DNA from: a virus
Taxonomy: Duplodnaviria; Caudoviricetes
Strand: one strand, 5' to 3'
IMG/VR virus record: IMGVR_UViG_3300037262_000044
Location: 1 to 62,724 of that record
Length of the DNA: 62,724 bases
Shown here: positions 1-8,167 of the stretch, piece by piece
How positions within the stretch are numbered: position 1 is the first letter of the stretch
Layout: the number at the start of each line of letters is the position of its first letter
Program-made: the position numbers and the translations under genes
The notes under the pieces: model-generated
Told to the model about the DNA's origin: nothing
Databases searched by the model: none
Seen by the model: only the letters and a program-made list of their open reading frames with translations

Positions 1-127
1 GGTGTACGTGATCTATCACAACGTATATATCGCTGGCATCCATGTATTTCAACCGCCTGCACCCGGAGTCATTCTATGGCGGCATCCTGTTCGCAAAAAG
101 CACCATTTCGCCACTGATGAAGAAGGT
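1..127. repeat. 127-bp terminal direct repeat, left copy (circular assembly overlap)
   Basis: 1-127 is identical to 62598-62724; 127 is a common assembler k-mer size. Confidence 0.95.
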
Positions 128-355
128 GGAAGGAATGACGGTAAATGTGATTGGTATTGCGTCCTGTGCGACAATTGCAAATTTCCGGTGCTCATCCCGG
201 AAACTTGTATACAGAATCTTGCTGATCATATACGTGATCAAACCGAATTTTTGGAAATGAACAGGGCCAACATCGGCACCCCGGGATGCAGCGTAGACGT
301 TTTTGACAAGCTGACGCGCTTATTATCATGGGCAAAAGAGTACAATCTAAAGTAA
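2..355 (+). CDS. Hypothetical protein, 3' part; true start at 62566 across the circular junction
   Basis: ATG at 62566 (MWGEKFHSSQK) reads in frame into VYVIYHNVY through the overlap. Confidence 0.7.
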   Translation: MYVIYHNVYIAGIHVFQPPAPGVILWRHPVRKKHHFATDEEGGRNDGKCDWYCVLCDNCKFPVLIPETCIQNLADHIRDQTEFLEMNRANIGTPGCSVDVFDKLTRLLSWAKEYNLK

Positions 356-362
356 GCAAATC

Positions 363-659
363 ATGTCCAACTGTCTGAAAGCATACGTATATACCGAAAC
401 TTATTCGGGTTGTTCGAGATATTACGGGTTCAAGAAATTTTTGTTTTTTAAACTTTGGCTTACAGGCAATTATTGTACAGGCGATTACAAGTTCATATCG
501 AGGAGTTACAGCTTATTCAAATCTAACGCGCTCGTTTTTCAAGAAAAGCAGGAAGTGATCGATTTGTTCAATAAGCATCAGGAATCCACGGGAATACCTG
601 AAATTACTATTGAACGCCTTCAAATAGTCGATATTATAACGGAAAACAACCCATCATGA
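363..659 (+). CDS. Hypothetical protein
   Basis: ATG ORF in a tightly packed + strand run. Confidence 0.55.
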   Translation: MSNCLKAYVYTETYSGCSRYYGFKKFLFFKLWLTGNYCTGDYKFISRSYSLFKSNALVFQEKQEVIDLFNKHQESTGIPEITIERLQIVDIITENNPS

Positions 660-985
660 GTAACTGTCTGAATTGCAACGAACCACTGGAGCAAACCCCC
701 GGAAAGAAGGAGAAGCAGTTCTGCAATGTCTCCTGCCGGTCGAGTTACTGGCAGAAACAAAAGCGGGCGAACGCGAGTGCGGCACCGTTTCAGGAAACCC
801 TGGCCCAGCACAAAAAGGCCATTGTGACCGACGCGCCTATTGAATTCATCCCTTTAGCGCCGGAACCAAAGCAACCAACCAGGCGGGAATTACCCCCCGT
901 GATGCCCCCTGGATTGACTCCTACGCAACAACAGGCATGGAAAGCGGAACAGCGGAAGAAGCTACAGGAGGGGAGATTCAAATAA
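656..985 (+). CDS. Zinc-finger protein
   Basis: CLNC...FCNVSC motif; ATGA overlap with upstream gene. Confidence 0.65.
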   Translation: MSNCLNCNEPLEQTPGKKEKQFCNVSCRSSYWQKQKRANASAAPFQETLAQHKKAIVTDAPIEFIPLAPEPKQPTRRELPPVMPPGLTPTQQQAWKAEQRKKLQEGRFK

Positions 986-998
986 ATAGCGCACAAAG

Positions 999-1030
999 TT
1001 TGGATAGTAGCTACACCCCATGTACATTTG
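999..1030 (+). promoter_or_regulatory. Bacteroidota housekeeping-type promoter
   Basis: TTTG (999-1002), 20 nt spacer, TACATTTG (1023-1030): matches the -33 TTTG / -7 TAnnTTTG consensus. Confidence 0.7.
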
Positions 1031-1037
1031 TAGCGAC

Positions 1038-1232
1038 ATGGCAAAAACAAACCCCATCGGCGTAAGATTCGACATTGACATTCTCGAACGGATCAAATCG
1101 GAATTAGCCCTCAAAACACCGCAGGCGGTCCTGAACTGGCTCATGGAGGATTATGCCAAAAACCCGCCTCCAGGATTGACGGGTCTGGATCTGTCGATCT
1201 GGAAAGCCGAACAAAAAGCAAAAATATCATGA
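1038..1232 (+). CDS. Ribbon-helix-helix-like small regulator
   Basis: MAKTNPIGVRFDIDILERIK: alternating beta-ribbon pattern followed by two helices. Confidence 0.6.
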   Translation: MAKTNPIGVRFDIDILERIKSELALKTPQAVLNWLMEDYAKNPPPGLTGLDLSIWKAEQKAKIS

Positions 1233-1717
1233 TCCACGCAAAAGAGTTAAGAATCGGCAACCTGATCAACGCAATCACTTCATTGGAAAGTGCGCCTACG
1301 GGAATAGTCACCATTAGTGAAATATGCCACGACGGCATAGAGACCGACAAATACATGGAGTATGCGCCGGATTATCCTTTTGGCTATAGCCTTTATCCTT
1401 TTGAAGGATTGGGCCCTATCCCCCTGACGCCTGAGATCCTCGAAAAGTGCGGGTTTGAGGTAAAAGACAAATCTTTTCATAGTCAAGATGGAAAACGGCA
1501 TGAAGTTTTGTTTTATCTATCGCCTTTCTTTGGAGACTGGAAACAAAACAGGCTGCAATGTAGATTTTATGATGATAGAGATCCTTTGTGGTGGCTTGTT
1601 GCCGAAGTCGGTCCGACGCCTACTGGCTTCACTTCGTTAACGAGATTGCCATATCTCCACCAACTCCAAAACCTTTTCTTCGCCCTGAACGGACATGAAT
1701 TAACTATAAAGCCATGA
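1229..1717 (+). CDS. Conserved phage hypothetical protein
   Basis: ELRIGN...PIPLTPEILEKCGF...YLHQLQNLFFAL pattern, recalled as common in Bacteroidota phages. Confidence 0.7.
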   Translation: MIHAKELRIGNLINAITSLESAPTGIVTISEICHDGIETDKYMEYAPDYPFGYSLYPFEGLGPIPLTPEILEKCGFEVKDKSFHSQDGKRHEVLFYLSPFFGDWKQNRLQCRFYDDRDPLWWLVAEVGPTPTGFTSLTRLPYLHQLQNLFFALNGHELTIKP

Positions 1718-1980
1718 ATGATTTACGCGCAGAAAGAGACAAGCAGATAGCCGAGATCACCCTTACCACCGCATTACAGGTAGTGGCAAGTTCCGAAGAC
1801 CTCTCCGGACTTGTCGAATTGCGCAAGGCAACGCCCTGGTGGAGATTGGCCAAGCGCAGGAGGCTGAAAAAGCAAATAGCGGTAAATTCAGCGGTGAATG
1901 CCATGATCGCCGTTATGGGTGCCGCGGAAATCTACAAAGTAATATCTACCCCTATACCAAAATACCCGTCTGGAGCATGA
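1714..1980 (+). CDS. Hypothetical protein
   Basis: ATGA-coupled ORF. Confidence 0.55.
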   Translation: MNDLRAERDKQIAEITLTTALQVVASSEDLSGLVELRKATPWWRLAKRRRLKKQIAVNSAVNAMIAVMGAAEIYKVISTPIPKYPSGA

Positions 1981-2177
1981 AAGTCATCGCCACCTACATC
2001 GTAGAAACCTGGGAAGGCAAAACGCTTCTCTATGAGACAGAAGGCGGCAAATGGTATATCCAGAAAATATCCGAAGACGATCACGGACGTTTTTTGGAGG
2101 TCAGGCTACGGGAAATTTCCGCCGATTCGGCATCTTATTATCTTACCCGAGACGAACCAAAAATCAACAAACCGTGA
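1977..2177 (+). CDS. Hypothetical protein
   Basis: ATGA-coupled start MKVIATYIVETW. Confidence 0.55.
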   Translation: MKVIATYIVETWEGKTLLYETEGGKWYIQKISEDDHGRFLEVRLREISADSASYYLTRDEPKINKP

Positions 2178-2269
2178 AAAATTACCAGCATCTCATCATC
2201 GTGATCGTCCGCTCCCTGGTGATCGGGGCGGCGTTGGCTTATGCGCTTTATATCTTAACTCAAAACTGA
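2174..2269 (+). CDS. Small membrane peptide
   Basis: GTGA-coupled; one hydrophobic helix LIIVIVRSLVIGAALAYALYIL. Confidence 0.45.
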   Translation: MKNYQHLIIVIVRSLVIGAALAYALYILTQN

Positions 2270-2274
2270 AAAAT

Positions 2275-3057
2275 ATGAAAGATGCACTCGGCGATCGCAT
2301 GAAGGCGAACTACGAAAGCAGGACACGCCAGTTTTTGATGCGGCGCAATTACACCGTGATCAGGATTGACGGAAAGGCTTTTCATACTTATACAAAGCAT
2401 TTGCAAAGCCCTTTTGATGACAATCTCATGCATGACATGGATTCAACGGCTGCCATCCTCTGTAAAGAGATTGGCGGGGCAAAGTTCGCATTCGTCCAAA
2501 GCGATGAGATTTCACTGCTCATCACCGACTTTGACGACCTTCAAACCCAGGCCTGGTTCGACTACAACGTGCAAAAAATGGTCAGTGTGAGCGCCAGCGT
2601 TGCAACCGCCGCCTTCAATCAATTCAGACAGCGCCGGGAGACCAATGATGTGTGGGGAATGAAACTGGCGCATTTCGATTCCAGGGTCTTCCAACTCCCG
2701 AACAAAAGCGAAGTGGAGAACTATTTCATCTGGCGCCAGCAGGACACGACCCGAAACAGCATCCTATCCGTTGCGCAAAGCCTATACAGCCACAAGCAAT
2801 TGGAGGGCAAAAACACCAGCGAATTACAGGAGATGATCTTTCAAAAGGGCATCAACTGGAATGATTACAAACCTTACTATAAACGCGGGCGCATGATCAT
2901 GAAAGAAGAATACGAAATTGAGCCCAATCCCTCAATTCCGGAGGCCATTATACAGTTGGCGCCCCCTACACTTCGGACCCGCTGGGTAATGAAGGAAGTC
3001 CCCATATTCACGCAGGAGCGGGAATTTATCAGCAACCTTATACCAGACAATCTATAA
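2275..3057 (+). CDS. thg1: Thg1-like protein (tRNA-His guanylyltransferase family, 3'-5' polymerase)
   Basis: LGDRMK.YE, RIDGKAFH, QSDEISL, FDSRVF and WRQQD motifs; likely start ATG 2275. Confidence 0.92.
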   Translation: MKDALGDRMKANYESRTRQFLMRRNYTVIRIDGKAFHTYTKHLQSPFDDNLMHDMDSTAAILCKEIGGAKFAFVQSDEISLLITDFDDLQTQAWFDYNVQKMVSVSASVATAAFNQFRQRRETNDVWGMKLAHFDSRVFQLPNKSEVENYFIWRQQDTTRNSILSVAQSLYSHKQLEGKNTSELQEMIFQKGINWNDYKPYYKRGRMIMKEEYEIEPNPSIPEAIIQLAPPTLRTRWVMKEVPIFTQEREFISNLIPDNL

Positions 3058-3076
3058 TTCTTAACTCAGGGATAGG

Positions 3077-3709
3077 TCACTTTCTGCGAAATCCCGCGGA
3101 AAGTATATTCCAATCAGTATCCCTTCTCCTCACTATATCCTCATGTTTGGAATAGGCGACCATCCGCCAGTTCATTTTCCACATCCAGCGCCGCATCGAT
3201 TCGAGATCAAAATAGTGCAGGTGCTCATTTTTTTTCAAATGTGGCCAGGTTGAGAACTTTTCGGTCCCTGGAAAGAAAGGCAAGCTGATCACGATGGTTT
3301 CGCACCGCATGGCCTTAACGAATTGAATATTGGGGTAATGTTCCAGCGAATCCCAGAAACAGCAACAATCAACGACAAGGTTGATATCCTGGGTAAAGTC
3401 ACACCCCGCCGGGACCGGTACCCCCGATATGTCATGCCCATATACGACCGGGATTTGCTTTTTAGCGAACTTCATAAAGGCCCCATTGCCAAAGCCTATA
3501 TCCAGGATGGACTGAATCGGCCGGCCATGGACCCCGGTGGCAAATGCCAGGCGCATCCCCTGCAGAAGTTCGTTCTGCCTCACATACTCGGGCGTGTCAT
3601 ATGTTTGAACATAATTCCCGTCGTATAAAAATGGCTGCGGGTCAACCTGGTGGACGACACCATACCGGTCTGTCTTATATTCGGCTCCGTCAATCTTGAA
3701 CTTTCTCAT
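3077..3709 (-). CDS. Class I SAM-dependent methyltransferase
   Basis: ILDIGFGNG motif I, GHDI, FWDSLEH. Confidence 0.85.
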   Translation of the reverse strand: MRKFKIDGAEYKTDRYGVVHQVDPQPFLYDGNYVQTYDTPEYVRQNELLQGMRLAFATGVHGRPIQSILDIGFGNGAFMKFAKKQIPVVYGHDISGVPVPAGCDFTQDINLVVDCCCFWDSLEHYPNIQFVKAMRCETIVISLPFFPGTEKFSTWPHLKKNEHLHYFDLESMRRWMWKMNWRMVAYSKHEDIVRRRDTDWNILSAGFRRK

Positions 3710-4421
3710 ATTGCTTGAAATTATTGAGGTTAAACTCATTCGCTGTTTGCATGATGCAATTGGTCTTTCCGTTTTTAAAAGCGCAAAAATAGTCTTTGCC
3801 CAGTGCTTGGGCCAGAACGAGCGCAACGCCCTGATGGCACCACAAGCCCCGGCAGCCAGCAATCAATGTGGCCATTTCCAAAAGGTCATGTGTCGGCCAC
3901 CATTCAATGGGCCCGACCTCCGATTCCCAAAGTCGATGATCTTCCGGCAGCCCGATGAAGTAAACCGGACGCGGGATGGCCGCATAGACCTTTTTCCAGT
4001 CCACCGTCTCCCGTTCCCGCCAGCGGCAGGTGAGGAAGACCAGACTGTAATTGCCGCGCGTAATGGGGATATTCGTTATCCAGGGACGTTTCCAGCCGTG
4101 GTGATACTTCCGCCAATGGTGGAGCATCGAAAAGATGATGTGATCCCGTCCGCGGTTCCGTTCCACGCGCCAGGCATCGAGGTCGTAATCAAAGCGAATG
4201 CCGGGCTCATATTCTGAAAATGGTAGTCCGCCCTTGGTTGGCAGGCATTCAATCCCCTGGGTGGCCAAGAGAGGCTTTACAGCGGTCAGCATGGACCCGA
4301 ACGGCGGATGATAGAAGTTTTCCTTCACGAAAAGCCTGGTAATGCCGAGCGCGCGCATGATCTGAATGGAATAACAGATATCCCCGATTCCGCCCGTCGT
4401 TGCGCCTGTTTTACCTGTCAT
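3690..4421 (-). CDS. GT-B glycosyltransferase (GT9/heptosyltransferase-like)
   Basis: N-terminal GGIGD motif; C-terminal DLLEMATLIAGC...LAQALGK. Confidence 0.7.
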   Translation of the reverse strand: MTGKTGATTGGIGDICYSIQIMRALGITRLFVKENFYHPPFGSMLTAVKPLLATQGIECLPTKGGLPFSEYEPGIRFDYDLDAWRVERNRGRDHIIFSMLHHWRKYHHGWKRPWITNIPITRGNYSLVFLTCRWRERETVDWKKVYAAIPRPVYFIGLPEDHRLWESEVGPIEWWPTHDLLEMATLIAGCRGLWCHQGVALVLAQALGKDYFCAFKNGKTNCIMQTANEFNLNNFKQYEKVQD

Positions 4422-4954
4422 AGATGCGCAATTAATATTCCATCAATGACCGGGTTTGCCGCCATCGTAAACTTGTACGCCGGGTTGATCTGCAAAATAG
4501 CGTTCTTCACATCGTTCTTCGAATAGCCGACGCGGTCCCTGTAAAAGATATGCCAATCATCCACAATGATCACGTTAGACTTTATTGGGTGCCTGCCGAT
4601 CTGCTCCAGCTCCTTCAACAACGGGAACGGATTGGCGCCAGGGTCTTCGCCTTCGAACATTTGAAAATGGGCGTCTAAAAACAGCGTCATCGGCTCCTCG
4701 ATATCCCGGATCATCTCCCACAGCATCACCGCGCTGTCCCCGGTATAGCATTTGATGTCCAGGTGCGTATTTTTGGTCAGCCAGAACCGATTCGAGCAGA
4801 AGTCGGCCGCATCCGGGTCTATGTCGATGGTGCGGATGTGCTCGAATCCAGCGTCGAGGGCCAGAGCAATTGCATCGCTTCTGAACGTACCCGATTCTAT
4901 GAACCATTTGTTAGGGTATTTGGCCAGCAGGTTGTATGAAGGGGGAAGACTCAT
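4418..4954 (-). CDS. SAM-dependent methyltransferase-like protein
   Basis: FIESGT, TIDID, GDS, FLDAH and IIVDD motifs. Confidence 0.75.
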   Translation of the reverse strand: MSLPPSYNLLAKYPNKWFIESGTFRSDAIALALDAGFEHIRTIDIDPDAADFCSNRFWLTKNTHLDIKCYTGDSAVMLWEMIRDIEEPMTLFLDAHFQMFEGEDPGANPFPLLKELEQIGRHPIKSNVIIVDDWHIFYRDRVGYSKNDVKNAILQINPAYKFTMAANPVIDGILIAHL

Positions 4955-5331
4955 AAGGATTCAATTTGACGTTCTGCAATAAGGGCTGATTCTTGTTGAC
5001 GGCGCCTGCTGGAAATATATTCTTCGAATATTTCCTTCAACCGCTTGTCGAGATCGAAAGTGGACTTATCCCAAAATTCAAGTTCACCGTGGCCTTCGGA
5101 ATAGCTGAACCAACCTATATGCGACGGGTTTATATGAATGAACTGACGCGCCGGCTCTTGCGGTTGTATGAAATCTTCCCGCAACTGGAAGTCAATCTTA
5201 TATGGGTATATGCTCTGCCAAGAATGCCACCATTTTCGTCTTATCTGCAAGCGAGAATGAATTTCTATGCCATCCTGCCAAACAATATGTCTGACCTGTT
5301 CGGAATGCTGAATTACGCGCTTTTTACTCAT
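4951..5331 (-). CDS. Hypothetical protein
   Basis: ORF coupled within the minus-strand operon. Confidence 0.5.
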   Translation of the reverse strand: MSKKRVIQHSEQVRHIVWQDGIEIHSRLQIRRKWWHSWQSIYPYKIDFQLREDFIQPQEPARQFIHINPSHIGWFSYSEGHGELEFWDKSTFDLDKRLKEIFEEYISSRRRQQESALIAERQIESL

Positions 5332-5473
5332 ACTTTTACCAATTTTTAAAAAGCTTGAATCTAATCCCATTTGCGCGATGACCCATTTTTCAACGCCCAA
5401 AAAAACACACATAGAATTCCTAAAATAACAACCATCGCTATCGCATTTGGAATGTTGTCAATTATTATTTTTT

Positions 5474-5710
5474 TCATTTCACCAACTTTTCAAATTCTTC
5501 AATCGTTTCGACCCGGAACATCGCGCACCAAAAGAATACCCACCAAAAAGCACCGTCATACCACAGCGAGATTTCATCCTTGAAGTACGCACTCCCGTCC
5601 TTCTCGTAGCCTTCCCGCTTCAAATAGGCGCCGTTCATCGGCCTGGGAAGTGGGTCGGGATCCTCGTGGAGATATTCCACCAATCCGTGCTTGGTCATCA
5701 CCCTTTTCAT
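5474..5710 (-). CDS. Hypothetical protein
   Basis: ATGA-coupled ORF in the operon. Confidence 0.55.
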   Translation of the reverse strand: MKRVMTKHGLVEYLHEDPDPLPRPMNGAYLKREGYEKDGSAYFKDEISLWYDGAFWWVFFWCAMFRVETIEEFEKLVK

Positions 5711-6564
5711 AACCGATCTTTCAGTTTATAGTTGTCCCGAACCCACCTGAAAATATTCTCCGGCGTCGTAAACTGGCATTCCTTGAAACTCTGGTCAGCG
5801 ATGATCTGAGGATCGGCCCAGGTCGTTCCGAGTTTGGGCAAAGCGGCGGGATAAAACATGACCGATTTGCAATGTAGCATCCCTGACAGTATCCCGAGCC
5901 CAGACGGGAAATAGAACCCATAGGCGAGGCGCTTCATCATTTCGATCACATAGCCCAGTGGTTTGCCGATCGTCGAAATAAACCGGATGCCGTCTTCCCT
6001 GAGGAGGTTTGCCAGATTGGCGGCGAGCGGGCTGTCCCATTCGGCACCGATTAGCACAAAGGTCGCATCCGGGATGTATTCCAGCATCATGCCGCAAAGG
6101 TCCGCCCAGGGGGAGTGATCCCAAAAACCCCAGTTTCTCGCTGTGCTATAAGCACTTGCGTAAATCCCGATGTACGGCCCTCCAGGGAAATCCGTTTTTA
6201 CCACTTCCTCCCACTCTTGCGTCTGAAAGGGGAGGGAATAGCTGGTCGGCAGGTCGGGGAGGAAGGTCTCGATTCTGGCACCAGATTCCAAGTGTTCGTT
6301 CGCCGACAAAAAGAAATCCTGCTCCACAATCATCCGCCAGTACTTTTTCGTCCGCTGGATATTCCGGGGGCCGACGACCGAATAGGGAAGGCCGGGGACG
6401 TATTCGCAGGAGGCTGAAAGCTGCGGCAGCAAATCAAATATCTGCTTGCCCCGACGCGGACTCCCGTCATGTATTTTGAAATTGAATCGTTCGCCAGAAT
6501 TAAAAATCTTCTGAAATATGAAAATCGCGTCACCAATTCCCGGATTCGTTTTAATGACCCGCAT
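5707..6564 (-). CDS. GT-B glycosyltransferase (GT9-like)
   Basis: PGIGDA N-terminal motif; RNW...W..L...FVLIG..WD and FPSGLGILS in the second Rossmann domain. Confidence 0.72.
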   Translation of the reverse strand: MRVIKTNPGIGDAIFIFQKIFNSGERFNFKIHDGSPRRGKQIFDLLPQLSASCEYVPGLPYSVVGPRNIQRTKKYWRMIVEQDFFLSANEHLESGARIETFLPDLPTSYSLPFQTQEWEEVVKTDFPGGPYIGIYASAYSTARNWGFWDHSPWADLCGMMLEYIPDATFVLIGAEWDSPLAANLANLLREDGIRFISTIGKPLGYVIEMMKRLAYGFYFPSGLGILSGMLHCKSVMFYPAALPKLGTTWADPQIIADQSFKECQFTTPENIFRWVRDNYKLKDRL

Positions 6565-6934
6565 TTGTCAAAACTTTATATTTTTCAATCAATTGGGCCG
6601 GATCAGCATGAAAGTTTTCCGCAGTTTTGCACCAACGGGCAAAGTCAATCATGTTGGCATCTCGCCATGAAATTGGAAGAGGCGCAGAAGTGTTGACCAC
6701 AAAGACATTATCGTTCCGGTAGGCGGCAGGCATCCCTTCGAAATCGGAACCCTTCAATTTTTCGGCAAATTCGTCCTTACCAACTACCTCATAGCCGTTG
6801 CTATTCAGAAAGGCTTTGGCACGCCTAAATTCCAACTCAAAGGCCAACTGTTTTTTAGCCCTGGCCAAATTGTCCTCCAAAGTAATAACCTCGTTCACGA
6901 GCCATTCCCGTGTCATATTATCATACTTTCCCAT
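6551..6934 (-). CDS. Hypothetical protein
   Basis: Operon-packed ORF. Confidence 0.55.
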   Translation of the reverse strand: MGKYDNMTREWLVNEVITLEDNLARAKKQLAFELEFRRAKAFLNSNGYEVVGKDEFAEKLKGSDFEGMPAAYRNDNVFVVNTSAPLPISWRDANMIDFARWCKTAENFHADPAQLIEKYKVLTNAGH

Positions 6935-7151
6935 TATCTACAGTTTTTGTTTTCTCCTTAAAAATCCGCTTGCCGGCTGCCCATATCCCCCACCCGATCA
7001 GCACCCCCGGCCAGAACAGCGCTACTCCGATATTGCGGACGTCGAAGTAGGCATCCTTCCGATTCGCCGGTTCCTCTCCATTGCAGATCAGCACCAGGGC
7101 TATCCCGCAGGTGAGGGCGTAGAGGATGGCGGAGAGGATGATCCAGATCAT
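6921..7151 (-). CDS. Small two-TM membrane protein
   Basis: Two hydrophobic stretches. Confidence 0.55.
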   Translation of the reverse strand: MIWIILSAILYALTCGIALVLICNGEEPANRKDAYFDVRNIGVALFWPGVLIGWGIWAAGKRIFKEKTKTVDNGKV

Positions 7152-7306
7152 GAGGGTAGCGGCATGTGTTTTATCTGAAGTAACACCATTGAGCGGGACA
7201 ATACCTTCCGCAGTCTCCTTTTATCCACTTCTGTCCTAATTGGCATCGGTTTGCCCAATACCGTCTGAATTTTACGGGCGCTTGTCCTTTTCCTGTTATT
7301 GCTCAT
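7148..7306 (-). CDS. Small basic protein
   Basis: MSNNRKRTSARK start, coupled to neighbours. Confidence 0.4.
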   Translation of the reverse strand: MSNNRKRTSARKIQTVLGKPMPIRTEVDKRRLRKVLSRSMVLLQIKHMPLPS

Positions 7307-7958
7307 ATCGTGAAGGTTTTGAATACAATTTATCAAAAAGCGGCACCATCTTTTCCACCACTCCGTCCGCCGTGCTAAACCAGGACCGTCCTTTTAGCTC
7401 CTTTGCCGTGAAGGGAGCGCGGAACTTGCAGTCCTCTGTCTGAACGCCGGAAATCCTTGAATAGGAGCAATATGACGACTTCACACAAAATCCAAATGGG
7501 TCCGACCAGCGGAAGACGCGCATTTTCTGAAGGATACCCCGATTCATGACCATTGGACAGTGAACGTCATGGTTATTGCCTTTAGGCGCTATTCTGAGCG
7601 TATTAGCGACTGTCTTTTTGTAGTTGGAGTTCCGGGACAAACTGTAGAATTTGTTCAAGAGGCTGATATCCCAGGCGTATTGCTCCTGCCAGGGGTGCAG
7701 GAGGTAGTGATCGTCATGAACCATTAAAAACTCATTGGATGGGCACAGGAGCAGCTTTTCGAACATATTCCGCTCCCGTTGGTGGGGTTCCGGGCGGTCA
7801 GTCGCCGGGATGTGCTCAACCCCTTGAATCCACTCCGGCAATCCCCCGATAACGTAAATTTTCTCCGGCTTAACGTAAAGTTCCAATCCCCTCAAAGCGT
7901 ACCGAAGATCCAGGAAGTCATTCGTCGATTCGCTTGCCAAAGGGATGCAAATTGTCAT
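7296..7958 (-). CDS. GT-A/Stealth-like sugar(-phosphate) transferase
   Basis: LRYALRGL...IYVIGG.P.W and FLMVHDDHY resemble Stealth CR2-type motifs. Confidence 0.6.
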   Translation of the reverse strand: MTICIPLASESTNDFLDLRYALRGLELYVKPEKIYVIGGLPEWIQGVEHIPATDRPEPHQRERNMFEKLLLCPSNEFLMVHDDHYLLHPWQEQYAWDISLLNKFYSLSRNSNYKKTVANTLRIAPKGNNHDVHCPMVMNRGILQKMRVFRWSDPFGFCVKSSYCSYSRISGVQTEDCKFRAPFTAKELKGRSWFSTADGVVEKMVPLFDKLYSKPSRYEQ

Positions 7959-8030
7959 TCTGTGAGGTTAAAAGTTACATTATGGGCTTAAAATTGACGA
8001 AATGTATTGACTTACCCAAAAAAATCAAAT

Positions 8031-8046
8031 TGTTCCACGCGAAACG
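8031..8046. promoter_or_regulatory. parS-like palindrome
   Basis: TGTTCCACGCGAAACG, 14/16 match to TGTTCCACGTGAAACA, intergenic. Confidence 0.45.
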
Positions 8047-8167
8047 CTTTATTTTTTCATCATGGAAACTCCTAAGAATCAAAAGAGTACATCCACCAAA
8101 AAAATAAGCCCCGTTGTCCAAGCCTATCAGGACCGATTATCCCTCCGACTGAAAAAGCCACGCGTGA

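Noticed and set aside
2032-2274. N-terminal extension of Thg1
   Set aside because: Overlaps two coupled small genes; the family motif begins at ATG 2275.
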